Source of the DNA: an uncultured Candidatus Saccharibacteria bacterium
GTDB taxonomy: Bacteria > Patescibacteriota > Minisyncoccia > Phycocordibacterales > DSPV01
Length of the DNA: 64,000 nucleotides
Assembly (NCBI GenBank): GCA_964574355.1
Contig: CAZNMD010000002.1
Span: 16,595 to 80,594 of the forward strand
Direction of reading: 5' to 3'
Shown one piece after another: positions 19,393-29,633 of this stretch. The notes under the pieces are model-generated. The model saw only the letters and a list, made by a program, of their open reading frames with translations. It searched no databases and was not told the origin of the DNA. Position numbers and translations under genes: made by a program. The first letter of the stretch is position 1; the number at the start of each line of letters is the position of its first letter.

Positions 19393-19646
19393 GATCGTGA
19401 TCAGGACGCAAAGGACTCTATGGAGAGTCCTTTTTGCTATGAAAATGAGGCCTGAAGAGTTATCCACAAGGATACTTCTAACGGAGTTGACGGTATTTCT
19501 TGTGAGTATATACTGTTTATATCGATCACTTTTCGTGATTGACCCCAGGACCACATCTTTGATGGGGTCCTTTTTTTATCTCAATTTTTCTTTTCTATCA
19601 TAGGGGCTTTCAATTATGTGAAGCATCTTCTATGCTTAGGATATAT

Positions 19647-19720
19647 CCACCCTTAGCTCAGTTGGTTAGAGCACCGAGCTTATACCTCGGGGGTCCTTGG
19701 TTCGAATCCAAGAGGGTGGA
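19647..19720 (+). tRNA. tRNA-Ile (anticodon UAU)
   Basis: Cloverleaf: ccaccct/agggtgg acceptor, ccgag-ctTATac-ctcgg anticodon arm, TTCGAAT T-loop. Confidence 0.9.
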
Positions 19721-19780
19721 CATTCATTCGTCTGTTGATAGAACCCTCTTTGGTTCGAACCTGTGAAAGGGTTCGTTGTG

Positions 19781-21943
19781 TTACTCAAAATGTATTTCTT
19801 CTTTGCTTTCGGTAATCGCAGCGTTGAGTGAGGGATACTTTGAAAGAGACGAATCTTCTTTAAGAAGTTCTGTTGCTTCTGTTCTTGCAGCTTCAATCAT
19901 TTTTATATTTTGAAGTGCTTCCATACCGATATCAGAAAGACCCCATTGTTTTTTGCCGTATAAACCACCTGCGCCACGAGATTTTAAATCAAGTTCAGCC
20001 AATTCGAATCCATTTTTTGCTGTTGCTAGCGCTTTAAGGCGAGTGACGGAAGTGGCATTTTTTGTGTCAGCAAACGCAAAGCAGTATGCCTGGTCTGAGC
20101 TTCGTTGCACACGACCGCGTAGTTGATGGAGCTGGGCTAGTCCAAAGCGTTCAGCACCCTCAATTAAAATCACCGTGGCGTTAGGTACATTGACACCAAC
20201 TTCAACAACGGAAGTTGCCGCTAAAATATTAATTTTTTTTGCTTTGAAATTAGCCATTACGGAATCTTTTTCGTCCGGTTTCATTTTGCCGTGCAATACC
20301 CCAATTTCGTATTCAGGAAAAATTTCTTTTTTAAGGCGGGCCGCTTCTGAGGTAACTGATTTTGCGAGGAGCGCCATTTCTTTTGTTGGATCAGGTTCAT
20401 CAATGCGTGGACAAATGACGTAGGCTTGTCGACCCTTTTTTAATTCGGTACGGACACGTTCGTAGGTTGCTTCGCGTTTATCGGGGGTGACCACCTCGGT
20501 GATAATGGGTTTTCGTCCAGCTGGTAATTCATCAAGCACGGTCAAATCAAGATCACCGTACATCGTCAGCGAGAGTGTTCGAGGGATAGGTGTTGCTGTC
20601 ATTGAGAGGAGGTGAGGAACGGGTTCATCTTTATGTATAAGCGAGCGTCGCTGATTTACACCGAAGCGGTGCTGTTCGTCGATGATAGCCAAAGCCAAGT
20701 GCTTAAACTGAATAGATTTTTGAATGAGGGCGTGGGTGCCAATAACAATACTGATTTCGCCATTTTTTACCCATTTCAAAAGTTGTGTTCGTGAAATATC
20801 GGTCGCTATTTTTGGGTTTACTTTTGAGGGGAATTTTTTGCATCCACTTCCGGTGATGAGGGCAATACCAATAGGAAGGTGCGAAAAATATTCCATAAAT
20901 GATTGGAAGTGCTGGTTTGCCAGAATTTCTGTCGGTGCCATATAGGCAGCCTGAAGTGTTCCAAAGTTTTGACCGCGAGGTTGTGTGGTAATTGCTGCGT
21001 AACATGCCGCCGCCGCAACGTATGTTTTACCACTCCCGACATCACCTTCAAGGAGTCGTGACATGGGTTCCCCTTTTTTAAAATCATTGAGAATGGCCTG
21101 AATCGCTTTCTGTTGTGCGTTTGTAGGAGAGAAGGGGAAGCGTTTCGCAAAGGTTTCGATATGTTTCTCAGGTGTTTCAATAATAAACGCAGTTTCTTTT
21201 GCTAACTCTTGTTTATCTTTGAGTCGTCCCAGTTGAATAAAAAAGACTTCTTCAAATGCAAAACGTTTTCGTGCTGAAGCAGCATCGTCTTTGTTTTGGG
21301 GAGCATGTATCCAGATAAGAGCCGTGCGCCGTTTGGGGAGATGATAACGTGTCAAAATAGTTTCAGGAATAGGATCGTCGATAGAATCGAGTACGCCTTT
21401 TTGAATTAATTTTGAAATAGCGTGATACATCCAGTTACTGGTGACGCCACGAGATTCTGGATACACGGGGTAGAGTGTATGAGCGGTACCGCCTTCACCA
21501 AAGAGAGAATCACCAACGCCCGTTGGTAAAACAGTGATCTTTTCAAGTTTTGGATTTGAAAGATAGAGTTCATCTTTACGAACCGAAACTTTTCCTTCTG
21601 CGCGTATGAGTGCACCTTCCGGATACATTTTTGCAATGTAGGGCTGGTTGAACCACATCGCTTTTATCGAGCCTGATTCGTCTTCAATTTTCCCTTCAGC
21701 CATCGGCATGTTCGTCCGAAATCCTTTTTTCATTTTAAGACCAGAGAGCCGACCAAAAATAACAGCGAGCTCTCCTTTTTGGATTGAAGCGATGCCGCGG
21801 ACTTCGGCTGTGTCGCCGTAGCGTGAAGGGAAATGAAAAAGGAGATCACCAACGGTTATAATGCCAAGTTTTTTTAGTGCCTTTTCTTGTGGAGGTAAAA
21901 CACGAATATGGGAAACAAGTGGGTCGGAAAGGAGTATAGCCAT
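19781..21943 (-). CDS. recG: ATP-dependent DNA helicase RecG
   Basis: GDVGSGKT, DEQHRFGV, TATPIPRTL and QLHQLRGRV; start chosen from TACAAT 7 nt upstream. Confidence 0.97.
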   Translation of the reverse strand: MAILLSDPLVSHIRVLPPQEKALKKLGIITVGDLLFHFPSRYGDTAEVRGIASIQKGELAVIFGRLSGLKMKKGFRTNMPMAEGKIEDESGSIKAMWFNQPYIAKMYPEGALIRAEGKVSVRKDELYLSNPKLEKITVLPTGVGDSLFGEGGTAHTLYPVYPESRGVTSNWMYHAISKLIQKGVLDSIDDPIPETILTRYHLPKRRTALIWIHAPQNKDDAASARKRFAFEEVFFIQLGRLKDKQELAKETAFIIETPEKHIETFAKRFPFSPTNAQQKAIQAILNDFKKGEPMSRLLEGDVGSGKTYVAAAACYAAITTQPRGQNFGTLQAAYMAPTEILANQHFQSFMEYFSHLPIGIALITGSGCKKFPSKVNPKIATDISRTQLLKWVKNGEISIVIGTHALIQKSIQFKHLALAIIDEQHRFGVNQRRSLIHKDEPVPHLLSMTATPIPRTLSLTMYGDLDLTVLDELPAGRKPIITEVVTPDKREATYERVRTELKKGRQAYVICPRIDEPDPTKEMALLAKSVTSEAARLKKEIFPEYEIGVLHGKMKPDEKDSVMANFKAKKINILAATSVVEVGVNVPNATVILIEGAERFGLAQLHQLRGRVQRSSDQAYCFAFADTKNATSVTRLKALATAKNGFELAELDLKSRGAGGLYGKKQWGLSDIGMEALQNIKMIEAARTEATELLKEDSSLSKYPSLNAAITESKEEIHFE

Positions 21944-21989
21944 ACGGCTTATTGTAGGAGATGCACTCAAGAAGGACAATACAAGCTTT

Positions 21990-24092
21990 TTACGCCGCTA
22001 TCCCTGCTTCTTTTTCAATTTCCTCTTTGAGTTCAAGGTAGAGTTTTGGTGTAATCATTTCACGTTCACGCAACTCATTGAGGCGTATTTCTCGAGCTTT
22101 GAAGAGACCACACTTGGCAAGGTTTTCATTTATTTTTTCTACAATTTTCTTGTGTTTATCTCCGAGTGCTGCCATTTTTCTTTCTGAGGCTTCGCGGAAC
22201 GCGTTATAAATCACCAGTACCTCATCAGCAATTTCTTTGTTGAAGATGTCGTGGTGCTTTTCGATTAGTTCATGCAAGGTGACGAGCGCTTTTCTCGCAA
22301 TGATTGATTGGGCACGATAGTACATGTACGTTTCACCGATGAGCTCTTCGGGCGCTGGTTTTGGGAAGAGACGGTTTACCTGTTCCATGAAAAGTTCAAC
22401 AATATTTTTCTTGTCGAATTCAACTGCTCGGTCAATGCGCGTGTTACCCGCTTCGGCGCTTTCAAGTTGAATGGTCAGCTTGTTAAGAATTTTTTTGTAG
22501 ACTGGTTCGGTAATTTCGCCGTAGGTAAAGAGTGTTTTTAAGTATTGTTTTTCAGTTGCGATTGCTTGAATTTCCAAGATTTGTCGCGTGATGAGTTCAT
22601 GTCCAGGATGTTCTTCGAGAGTTGTTTTTGCGGTTACGGCTTTTTTAAATGCTTGTTCATGTTGTTCGCCCAGTGTTTTGTAGAGTGATTCGTCGATAAA
22701 ATCGTTTTCACGCATTTCTTCGAGTTTCAAAATGGCACTTTGGTGAATAAGGAAAAGGCTTTCTTCTCGGGTTTCTTTTTCAATATCAGTGAGTGCATCC
22801 ACCTTTAATTTTTTCATGAGTCCTGCAATCGTGGTCCCTTTGATAAAGAGCGTTGCATAGATACAGCCGATGGTAAGTGCCATGATGAATTCTTTTGGAG
22901 AGAAGGGTTGTTCCCAGCCGGCAAAGGTAAGTGTGTCAGGAATAAGGAGCACAACCATAACGGCAAGCGCACCGCGCAATGATCCCCACGAGAGGAGGTG
23001 CTGCCATGAGAGTGGAATATGTTTTTCTTTTTTGCTCCAGTTTAATAAGCCGATGACAGGATAAATGGAAAGTGCGCGACCGAGAGCGACAATAAGAATC
23101 GCTCCAATGATTGGCCAGATGTATTGTCCTGGATGAATCGAAAGGGTGGTGAAGATGAGGCCGATAAGGAGGAAGACGATAGAGTTGGCCATGAAGGCTG
23201 CTTGGCCCCAGAATTTTTCAATAAACTCTTCAGCGTGCGGTGAAATTTTTGTTCGGCCGTAATTTCCAATAACCATTGAGGCGACGAGTGTGGCAATAAT
23301 CGCCGAGAATTTTATTTCGTGTCCGTAAATGACAAAGTGTTCTGATATTAACTCGGTGAGTACGTAAGTAAGGTGTGCAACCACAAACATGAGCGTAATA
23401 CTCACGGATTCATTTGAACGGGTCCACTCAATTGCTTTTGAAAAGATAATTCCCATGAGTCCTCCAAAGACAATGCCGCCAAAAACCATGGTCGTAAAGA
23501 GGAAAATACCTTCGGTGATTGAGGTAAATCCGTGGAAACCATCAACTGCAATTTCAAGAAGTACTAAAAAGAGCGCTACAGCAGTACCGTCATTAAAAAG
23601 ACTTTCGCCCTCAAGAATAAGCGAAAGTCTGCGTGGAGCACCAAAATCTTTAAAGAGAGCAAGAACGGCGACTGGGTCTGTGGCAGAAATAAGTGCTCCA
23701 AAGAGGAGAGCGAGGAGGAAAGGAACGGTAAAGCCAAAGAAGCCGAAAATGAAATGGATAGCAAAGGCGATAAAGAAAGCTGAGATGAGGAGAGAGATTA
23801 TAGAAAGAAGCGAGATTGAGCGGATGTTTTCCATCAATCGGCGGGTGTTCATGTTATACGCCGATTCAAAAATCAAAATAGGTAGGAAAACATAAAACAG
23901 CATAGTCGGAGTCAGGGAAAATTCTCTAATGAAAGAGAAAAAGGGAATACGCGAGAGGGGAACGAGAAGAAATCCTGTTGCTACTAAAAGGACGGTGTAA
24001 GGAGTGTGTATTTTTTTTGCAATAAAGTAGACGGCGCTGGCGATTGCGAGCAGTGTCAGAACAGAAAGAATGGCAGGAAGTTCAATGATCAT
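21990..24092 (-). CDS. CPA1-family Na+/H+ antiporter
   Basis: SATDPVAVL, EGESLFNDG and GSLRGAL; many TM segments. Confidence 0.93.
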   Translation of the reverse strand: MIIELPAILSVLTLLAIASAVYFIAKKIHTPYTVLLVATGFLLVPLSRIPFFSFIREFSLTPTMLFYVFLPILIFESAYNMNTRRLMENIRSISLLSIISLLISAFFIAFAIHFIFGFFGFTVPFLLALLFGALISATDPVAVLALFKDFGAPRRLSLILEGESLFNDGTAVALFLVLLEIAVDGFHGFTSITEGIFLFTTMVFGGIVFGGLMGIIFSKAIEWTRSNESVSITLMFVVAHLTYVLTELISEHFVIYGHEIKFSAIIATLVASMVIGNYGRTKISPHAEEFIEKFWGQAAFMANSIVFLLIGLIFTTLSIHPGQYIWPIIGAILIVALGRALSIYPVIGLLNWSKKEKHIPLSWQHLLSWGSLRGALAVMVVLLIPDTLTFAGWEQPFSPKEFIMALTIGCIYATLFIKGTTIAGLMKKLKVDALTDIEKETREESLFLIHQSAILKLEEMRENDFIDESLYKTLGEQHEQAFKKAVTAKTTLEEHPGHELITRQILEIQAIATEKQYLKTLFTYGEITEPVYKKILNKLTIQLESAEAGNTRIDRAVEFDKKNIVELFMEQVNRLFPKPAPEELIGETYMYYRAQSIIARKALVTLHELIEKHHDIFNKEIADEVLVIYNAFREASERKMAALGDKHKKIVEKINENLAKCGLFKAREIRLNELREREMITPKLYLELKEEIEKEAGIAA

Positions 24093-24170
24093 AAAAAATG
24101 GTTAAGCAAAGACGTAATAAATGGCCTTCTCATGGAAGGAGTCAGTATCATATACCCCCTTACCGCCGCG

Positions 24171-24764
24171 TCAAAGTGGGTTTCTGGGTAAAACTTCAGA
24201 GGGTTCTCCGAAAGAACTATTTTGGAATCCCGGATTTTTTCCTCCGTAGGTCTGGAAGATTTGAACAATGGCGTCTTTTACTTCGTATGGTCGAGAGAGG
24301 CCATGAATGATGACTTCTTCGACTTCTGCTGCGGTTTGAACAGAGAGTGAGCCAAAATCGAAGAAGGTTTGTATGATGCCGTGTGTTTCTGCTTTCATAT
24401 CAACAATATTGCTGATGGGAATGGTCGCAACGTCCCGAAAGAAGAGCTGTTTTTGTTCGCAGTCTATCAGGCGTCGGTTGGTGAGAATGAGAGAATCGAG
24501 GTAGTAGTTAGTGAAAATAACTGAAACAATCATGAATGAAAAAAGTAACACGATAGAAAGTATAAGTATAGTGAAGGCGGTAATATTGTCAGAACCGATC
24601 GCGGTATAGAGTTCTTGAGGAAGAAATTGCCCACCAAGAATGACAAGTGTGCTCAGTACGATGGTTGCAACAATGACACCGATAGCGTGTCCTAAAAAGA
24701 CGATCCAGTGTTTTCTAGCAACGGTGATGAATTCTTCATCGGGGAGGAGTGAAAGGATGCTCAT
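24171..24764 (-). CDS. Membrane protein with bacterial PH domain
   Basis: RKHW plus two TM segments, LTNRRLID, DFGSLSVQTA. Confidence 0.8.
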   Translation of the reverse strand: MSILSLLPDEEFITVARKHWIVFLGHAIGVIVATIVLSTLVILGGQFLPQELYTAIGSDNITAFTILILSIVLLFSFMIVSVIFTNYYLDSLILTNRRLIDCEQKQLFFRDVATIPISNIVDMKAETHGIIQTFFDFGSLSVQTAAEVEEVIIHGLSRPYEVKDAIVQIFQTYGGKNPGFQNSSFGEPSEVLPRNPL

Positions 24765-24776
24765 GGTAGGAATGTA

Positions 24777-24989
24777 TTATGAAAATAATCCAATCGTGCT
24801 AATAACAGCTGTCCCGATTAAGAAGATTCCGACGACGAGATAGGTTGTGAGGAACAGAAATGTCATTCGGCGGTTGTATGCAAATTTTTTCCAGTGGTAG
24901 AAAAGAATGAAGAAAAGAATCACATACAAGATGACGATAAGACCGCCGAAAATAGGAATGATGTAGGGAAGGAGAGAGAAGAAATCCAT
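24777..24989 (-). CDS. Small two-TM hypothetical protein
   Basis: YHWKKF motif between two TM segments; leaderless promoter. Confidence 0.7.
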   Translation of the reverse strand: MDFFSLLPYIIPIFGGLIVILYVILFFILFYHWKKFAYNRRMTFLFLTTYLVVGIFLIGTAVISTIGLFS

Positions 24990-25129
24990 ACCAATAGTAT
25001 AGCGCGGTGTTGAACCAGGGAAAAAGGATATATGGAAAGTTTTAGACTAGAGTAGGTTGATTATTTCTATTGTTTCATGGCTAATACAAGATGGCCATTT
25101 ATACACAAAAAAAGTGTTAAAATTGTTGT

Positions 25130-26086
25130 ATGACCACACAGCAGGTTATTAAGGATATACAAAAGAATTTTGATATAAATTCGATTTTTGCTCATAGAAC
25201 TTTTTTACTTGCTGATAAACGAAACCTCCTTGAAGATATTGCTCGAATCATCTCTGAAAGACCAAAACCATTTGTGAAGTGGGTGGGTGGTAAAAGGCAG
25301 CTTCTTGCCCAATTTCGAAAATTAAATTTATATCCACCAGAATTATTTAATATAAAAACGGGAAGATATTTTGAGCCGTTTGTAGGAGGAGGTGCTGTAT
25401 TTTTTGATTTACTCCCCGAGAAGGGGTTTTTGTCTGATTTAAATAAGGAGCTTGTTACGACATACAATGTTATAAAAAAAGATGTTGCTCGTCTTGTTGA
25501 GTCACTTAGGAAACACAAAGTTAATAAAGAGTATTTTTTAAAAATTCGAGCACAAGATCCATATACGCTAAGTGACTTAGACGTTGCTTCACGTTTTATA
25601 TTTCTCAACAGAACTTGTTTTAATGGGATGTATCGAGTGAACAGTAAGGGTGGATTCAATGTGCCGTATGGTAAGTATGAGAATCCTTTAATTTGTGACG
25701 AAGAAAATCTAATTAAAGTTTCAAAAGCACTTCAAGGAATTGAAATAAAGCATCAGGATTATAAAGAAGTTCTAAAGAAGGCTAAAAAAGGGGATTTTGT
25801 TTATTTCGATCCTCCCTACTATCCAGTAAGTAAAACGGCGTCGTTTACGTCGTATACGGCAGAATCATTTCTTGATAAAGAGCAGGTAGAGCTTCGGGAC
25901 ACCTTTTTGGAATTAAGTAAGCGTGGATGTTTTGTAATGCTTTCAAATTCAGATACACCCTTTATAAATGAGATTTATAAAGGTCATAAGGGGGTATGTA
26001 TTAATAAAGTTGAAGCTGGCCGAGCAATTAATTCAAAAGGGACAGGAAGGGGGAAAATTACTGAAGTGCTTGTAACTAATTATTAA
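25130..26086 (+). CDS. Dam/DpnM-family DNA adenine methyltransferase (GATC)
   Basis: KWVGGKRQL, EPFVGGGAV, FNGMYRVN and DPPY motifs. Confidence 0.93.
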   Translation: MTTQQVIKDIQKNFDINSIFAHRTFLLADKRNLLEDIARIISERPKPFVKWVGGKRQLLAQFRKLNLYPPELFNIKTGRYFEPFVGGGAVFFDLLPEKGFLSDLNKELVTTYNVIKKDVARLVESLRKHKVNKEYFLKIRAQDPYTLSDLDVASRFIFLNRTCFNGMYRVNSKGGFNVPYGKYENPLICDEENLIKVSKALQGIEIKHQDYKEVLKKAKKGDFVYFDPPYYPVSKTASFTSYTAESFLDKEQVELRDTFLELSKRGCFVMLSNSDTPFINEIYKGHKGVCINKVEAGRAINSKGTGRGKITEVLVTNY

Positions 26087-26091
26087 AAAAA

Positions 26092-27780
26092 ATGGATCAA
26101 AAAATCAAAGCGCAAGATACAACATTTGGTGAATTTCATAAAACAGCATCAGTTATTTATGCAATACCTTCGCTTCAGCGCCCATATACGTGGGATAAAA
26201 AAGATGTCGAAAGACTATGGGATGATATTCTTGAAAATCCACCTGGTTACTATGTTGGTAGTATTGTAGCTATTGTTGACGGTGGCACAATCAGTAGAGA
26301 CTTGATAATTGATGGTCAACAAAGATTGACATCATTGTCTTTGATCTTGGCCGGACTTAAAAAGTACATTTCTCCCAAAAAATCAGAAGAATTTAGGTCT
26401 ATAGAAGAAGAAATTGATGAAATACTTATTAAGTACGGTAAAAATAGCAATCAGGTTAGACTTGCATTTTCGGATGGTAATTCAGATCAGATGTATCAAT
26501 CAATAGTATTCGGCACATTACTATCTGAGGCTAATTTAACAAAGTTACAAAAACGATTTATAAATAATTATAAGTCTATAGAGGATAGAATAAAAAAATA
26601 TTTTCCTAAGTGTAAAATTAATGAAATTAGAAATTTTGTTGATAAGATAAAAAAACTACAACTTATTTTTATAAAATGCTTAGACAGATCAGCTGCTTTC
26701 AGTCTATTTGAAAGTATTAATGATACAGGTGTCAGTCTTGCTACTACTGATTTATTAAAAAATGCCATTTTTGAAGCGGTCAGTGGAGATAAAGAAAAAT
26801 ATGCCTACGTTGAAGAAAACTGGAAAAAAATGTTCAGAGATTTTTCTGAGGATAGTAAGTACTTAAAGACGTACATAAGACATCATTGGATCGGGACCCA
26901 TTATTATGTCAGCCATGCGAATTTGTTTGATAGTTTCGTTAAGGAATATAAAAACAAAGAATTAGAATATGCGAGGTCTTTGTTTGAACTATCAAATATA
27001 TACTTATCTATTAGAAATGCCCAAACAGAAAGTTTAATTAAACTTCCAAAGAAAAGATTCGAGGTGGCTGAGATAAAAGAAGTGCTAACTTTCTTGAGCT
27101 TTCTTGGGGTTGATCAAGTTTACTCTGTATTGTTATATATTTATCAAAACGGAATTTCTACATTCGTAAAAGATCTAAACAAATTAGTTGCTTTCCAATT
27201 TTTATACAAGTATATACCAGGAAGCCCGAGTGTTCCTGAGAAAAAGTATTTTGCGAATTATTGTGAAGGGCAAATTGATAAACAAAAATTTTTTAGCGGT
27301 TTAACAGGTTTATGTATAGACCAAAAAGAACAGTTTATTAAAAACTTTTTCGACAGAATAAAGTATATTGAAGGGAAAAGTGGTGATATTCAGTTTGTTT
27401 TAGAAAGAGTGGCTTATAAAATGGGTGGGGTAAATAAATTTGCTGAAGCTACAATTGAACATATTGTTCCTCAAGATGATACGGATCCCGTCTTTAAGAA
27501 TTTTAAGTTGGATAATGATGAGGTATATAGACTAATCCATCAAATTGGTAATTTAACGGTTATGGAGAGATCAGAAAATTCTGATAGAAATATATTTAAT
27601 CAAAATCTCGTATTAAAATTTCCTAACTATAAAAAGCACTACGCAAAAATAAATCAGGCTGTTGATAAATATAACTTCTTATCTGATCCGGAGTCGGCTA
27701 TTAAAAAGAGAGGTCAAAATATCGCTAGTCAGGCTTTTGATCTTTTTATGGATACATTGAAAACGGGTAAATGGAAATAA
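26092..27780 (+). CDS. DUF262 + DUF1524 (HNH) GmrSD-like protein
   Basis: QRPYTW, DGQQRLT, FESIN; C-terminal EHIVPQ...GNLT...N. Confidence 0.85.
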   Translation: MDQKIKAQDTTFGEFHKTASVIYAIPSLQRPYTWDKKDVERLWDDILENPPGYYVGSIVAIVDGGTISRDLIIDGQQRLTSLSLILAGLKKYISPKKSEEFRSIEEEIDEILIKYGKNSNQVRLAFSDGNSDQMYQSIVFGTLLSEANLTKLQKRFINNYKSIEDRIKKYFPKCKINEIRNFVDKIKKLQLIFIKCLDRSAAFSLFESINDTGVSLATTDLLKNAIFEAVSGDKEKYAYVEENWKKMFRDFSEDSKYLKTYIRHHWIGTHYYVSHANLFDSFVKEYKNKELEYARSLFELSNIYLSIRNAQTESLIKLPKKRFEVAEIKEVLTFLSFLGVDQVYSVLLYIYQNGISTFVKDLNKLVAFQFLYKYIPGSPSVPEKKYFANYCEGQIDKQKFFSGLTGLCIDQKEQFIKNFFDRIKYIEGKSGDIQFVLERVAYKMGGVNKFAEATIEHIVPQDDTDPVFKNFKLDNDEVYRLIHQIGNLTVMERSENSDRNIFNQNLVLKFPNYKKHYAKINQAVDKYNFLSDPESAIKKRGQNIASQAFDLFMDTLKTGKWK

Positions 27781-27782
27781 AA

Positions 27783-28640
27783 ATGAAAAAAAATTTTAGT
27801 AACCTAATAAATACATTTAAAAGTTCAATTAAAACTTGGGAGTATTTTATTAATTGGAATAAGGTATTTTCTCATCGTTCAGATTTAGAGATAGTTCTCA
27901 ATAAGTTAAATTATTTACTCGGTAAGGAAAATTTAAAAGAAGAATTTGTAAAATTATATAGCTCAAACCCTGACATAATTAAAGCTCTCCCGGTTTTATT
28001 GGCGGTCCGAGAAAACAGACTCGAGGTGTTTGATAAAGTGAATAAGAGTGTAGAATTCTTTGATTTTTCTGGTAAAGAAAAAGATGCTGCTAAGTATTTT
28101 GAATTTCTAAATAAATCAGGCCTGGCGCAATTGTTTCAAAAAGATGGAATCAAAAATCTTGTTGATTATGTTGTGGGCGTAGAGGTTGGACTTGATAGTA
28201 ATGGACGAAAAAATCGAGGTGGTACTTTAATGGAAGAAATAATCAGTTCCTATCTAACTGACTTTTGCAATAAGAATGGGTATGAATGTCTTGCTCAAGC
28301 TCGACCTGGTGCTATAAAGGCTAAGTGGGGTTTTGATATTAAGATTGATAAATCAGAACGTAGTTTTGATTTTGCGATATATAACGCTAAAAATAAGAAG
28401 TTAAAGTTATTTGAGGCAAATTTTTATAATGGTGGTGGTTCAAAACTAAAAGCTGTTTGCGGTGAGTTTAAAGCTCTTTATGATGAATTAAAATCCCAAG
28501 GTATTGATTTTGTTTGGATCACTGATGGGTTAGGTTGGAATACAACAAAAAGACCTCTCGAAGAAACGTATAATCACAATGAGTATGTATTTAATTTAAA
28601 TATGCTCGAAGGGGGTGTGCTAAATGAATTGGAGTGGTAA
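27783..28640 (+). CDS. DpnII/MboI-family type II restriction endonuclease
   Basis: GVEVGLDSNGRKNRGG, FDF, EANFYNGGGSKL and WITDGLGW motifs. Confidence 0.92.
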   Translation: MKKNFSNLINTFKSSIKTWEYFINWNKVFSHRSDLEIVLNKLNYLLGKENLKEEFVKLYSSNPDIIKALPVLLAVRENRLEVFDKVNKSVEFFDFSGKEKDAAKYFEFLNKSGLAQLFQKDGIKNLVDYVVGVEVGLDSNGRKNRGGTLMEEIISSYLTDFCNKNGYECLAQARPGAIKAKWGFDIKIDKSERSFDFAIYNAKNKKLKLFEANFYNGGGSKLKAVCGEFKALYDELKSQGIDFVWITDGLGWNTTKRPLEETYNHNEYVFNLNMLEGGVLNELEW

Positions 28641-28646
28641 CAACCC

Positions 28647-29408
28647 ATGGCTATAGAAAAAACTACAGAGTTAACACTACATCCCGAAGAATTTGAACTG
28701 GAATGTACAACCGTCTGGGCGTTTCCTCGCCGTGGTAACTGGGCTACACATACATCAGATTGGAGAGGGAATTGGTCTCCTGAAGTGGCTCGAAATCTCA
28801 TTCTGCGATATTCCAAAGAGGGTGATGTATTGCTTGATTCAATGATTGGTGGTGGCACAACCGCGATTGAGGCGAAAATATTGAATAGAAATATTATTTA
28901 TTCTGATGTAAATCAGGCGGCACTTGAAAGAACAAAAAAAGCTCTCAATTTTAAGGTTGATAATAAGGCGTGGCAAAGAGGGTTTAAGTGGGACTCTCGG
29001 AATCTTTCTAAGATAAAAGATGAGACTATCGACTTTGTACTTACTCATCCTCCATACGTAGATATAATTAAATACAGTGAAGGAAAGCTGGTTGATGATC
29101 TATCGAACATAAGTGATATAGATGTTTTTTGTGGTGAAATGGAAAAAGTTTCGAAAGAGTTTTATCGGGTCCTAAAGCCTGGTAAATTTTGTGCAATTCT
29201 TATGGGAGATACGAGGCGAAAGAAAATGTATCAGCCGCTTGCCTATAAAGTAATGGACCGCTTTCTTAAGGCTGGACTCTTACTCAAAGAAGATATTATA
29301 AAGCGTCAATTCAACTGTAAGGCCACTGGATTCTGGGTAACTAAATCAAAAGAGTCTAATTTCTTACTCATCATGCATGAACACTTGTTCGTGTTTCAGA
29401 AGATATAA
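28647..29408 (+). CDS. N4/N6 DNA methyltransferase (second MTase of the DpnII-like operon)
   Basis: LDSMIGGGTT SAM-binding motif, HPPY catalytic motif. Confidence 0.85.
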   Translation: MAIEKTTELTLHPEEFELECTTVWAFPRRGNWATHTSDWRGNWSPEVARNLILRYSKEGDVLLDSMIGGGTTAIEAKILNRNIIYSDVNQAALERTKKALNFKVDNKAWQRGFKWDSRNLSKIKDETIDFVLTHPPYVDIIKYSEGKLVDDLSNISDIDVFCGEMEKVSKEFYRVLKPGKFCAILMGDTRRKKMYQPLAYKVMDRFLKAGLLLKEDIIKRQFNCKATGFWVTKSKESNFLLIMHEHLFVFQKI

Positions 29409-29446
29409 ATTTAGTTTAGTTTAAAATAAGGTACTACAATTTAAAA

Positions 29447-29633
29447 AGAGGGTAGGGACCGCGAGTACGCTTTTCGACCCTTACAGGGTCAGTACCCGTT
29501 TCCGATTTGTTCAGTATCAGAATACTTCACAAATAACGGAGAACGGCTTCGAATCCCACCACGCGACTGAAGCAGTTCAGTCGCTCTCTCCGCATAAAAA
29601 ATCACCTCGCCAAAGCGAAGGATTTTTCAAATG
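29447..29633. repeat. tRNA-3'-end-associated structured element, copy 2 (tRNA-Ser)
   Basis: Inverted copy of the tRNA 3' end at 29548-29595, split by a 25-nt hairpin at 29561-29585; partial direct repeat at 29447-29458. Confidence 0.85.
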
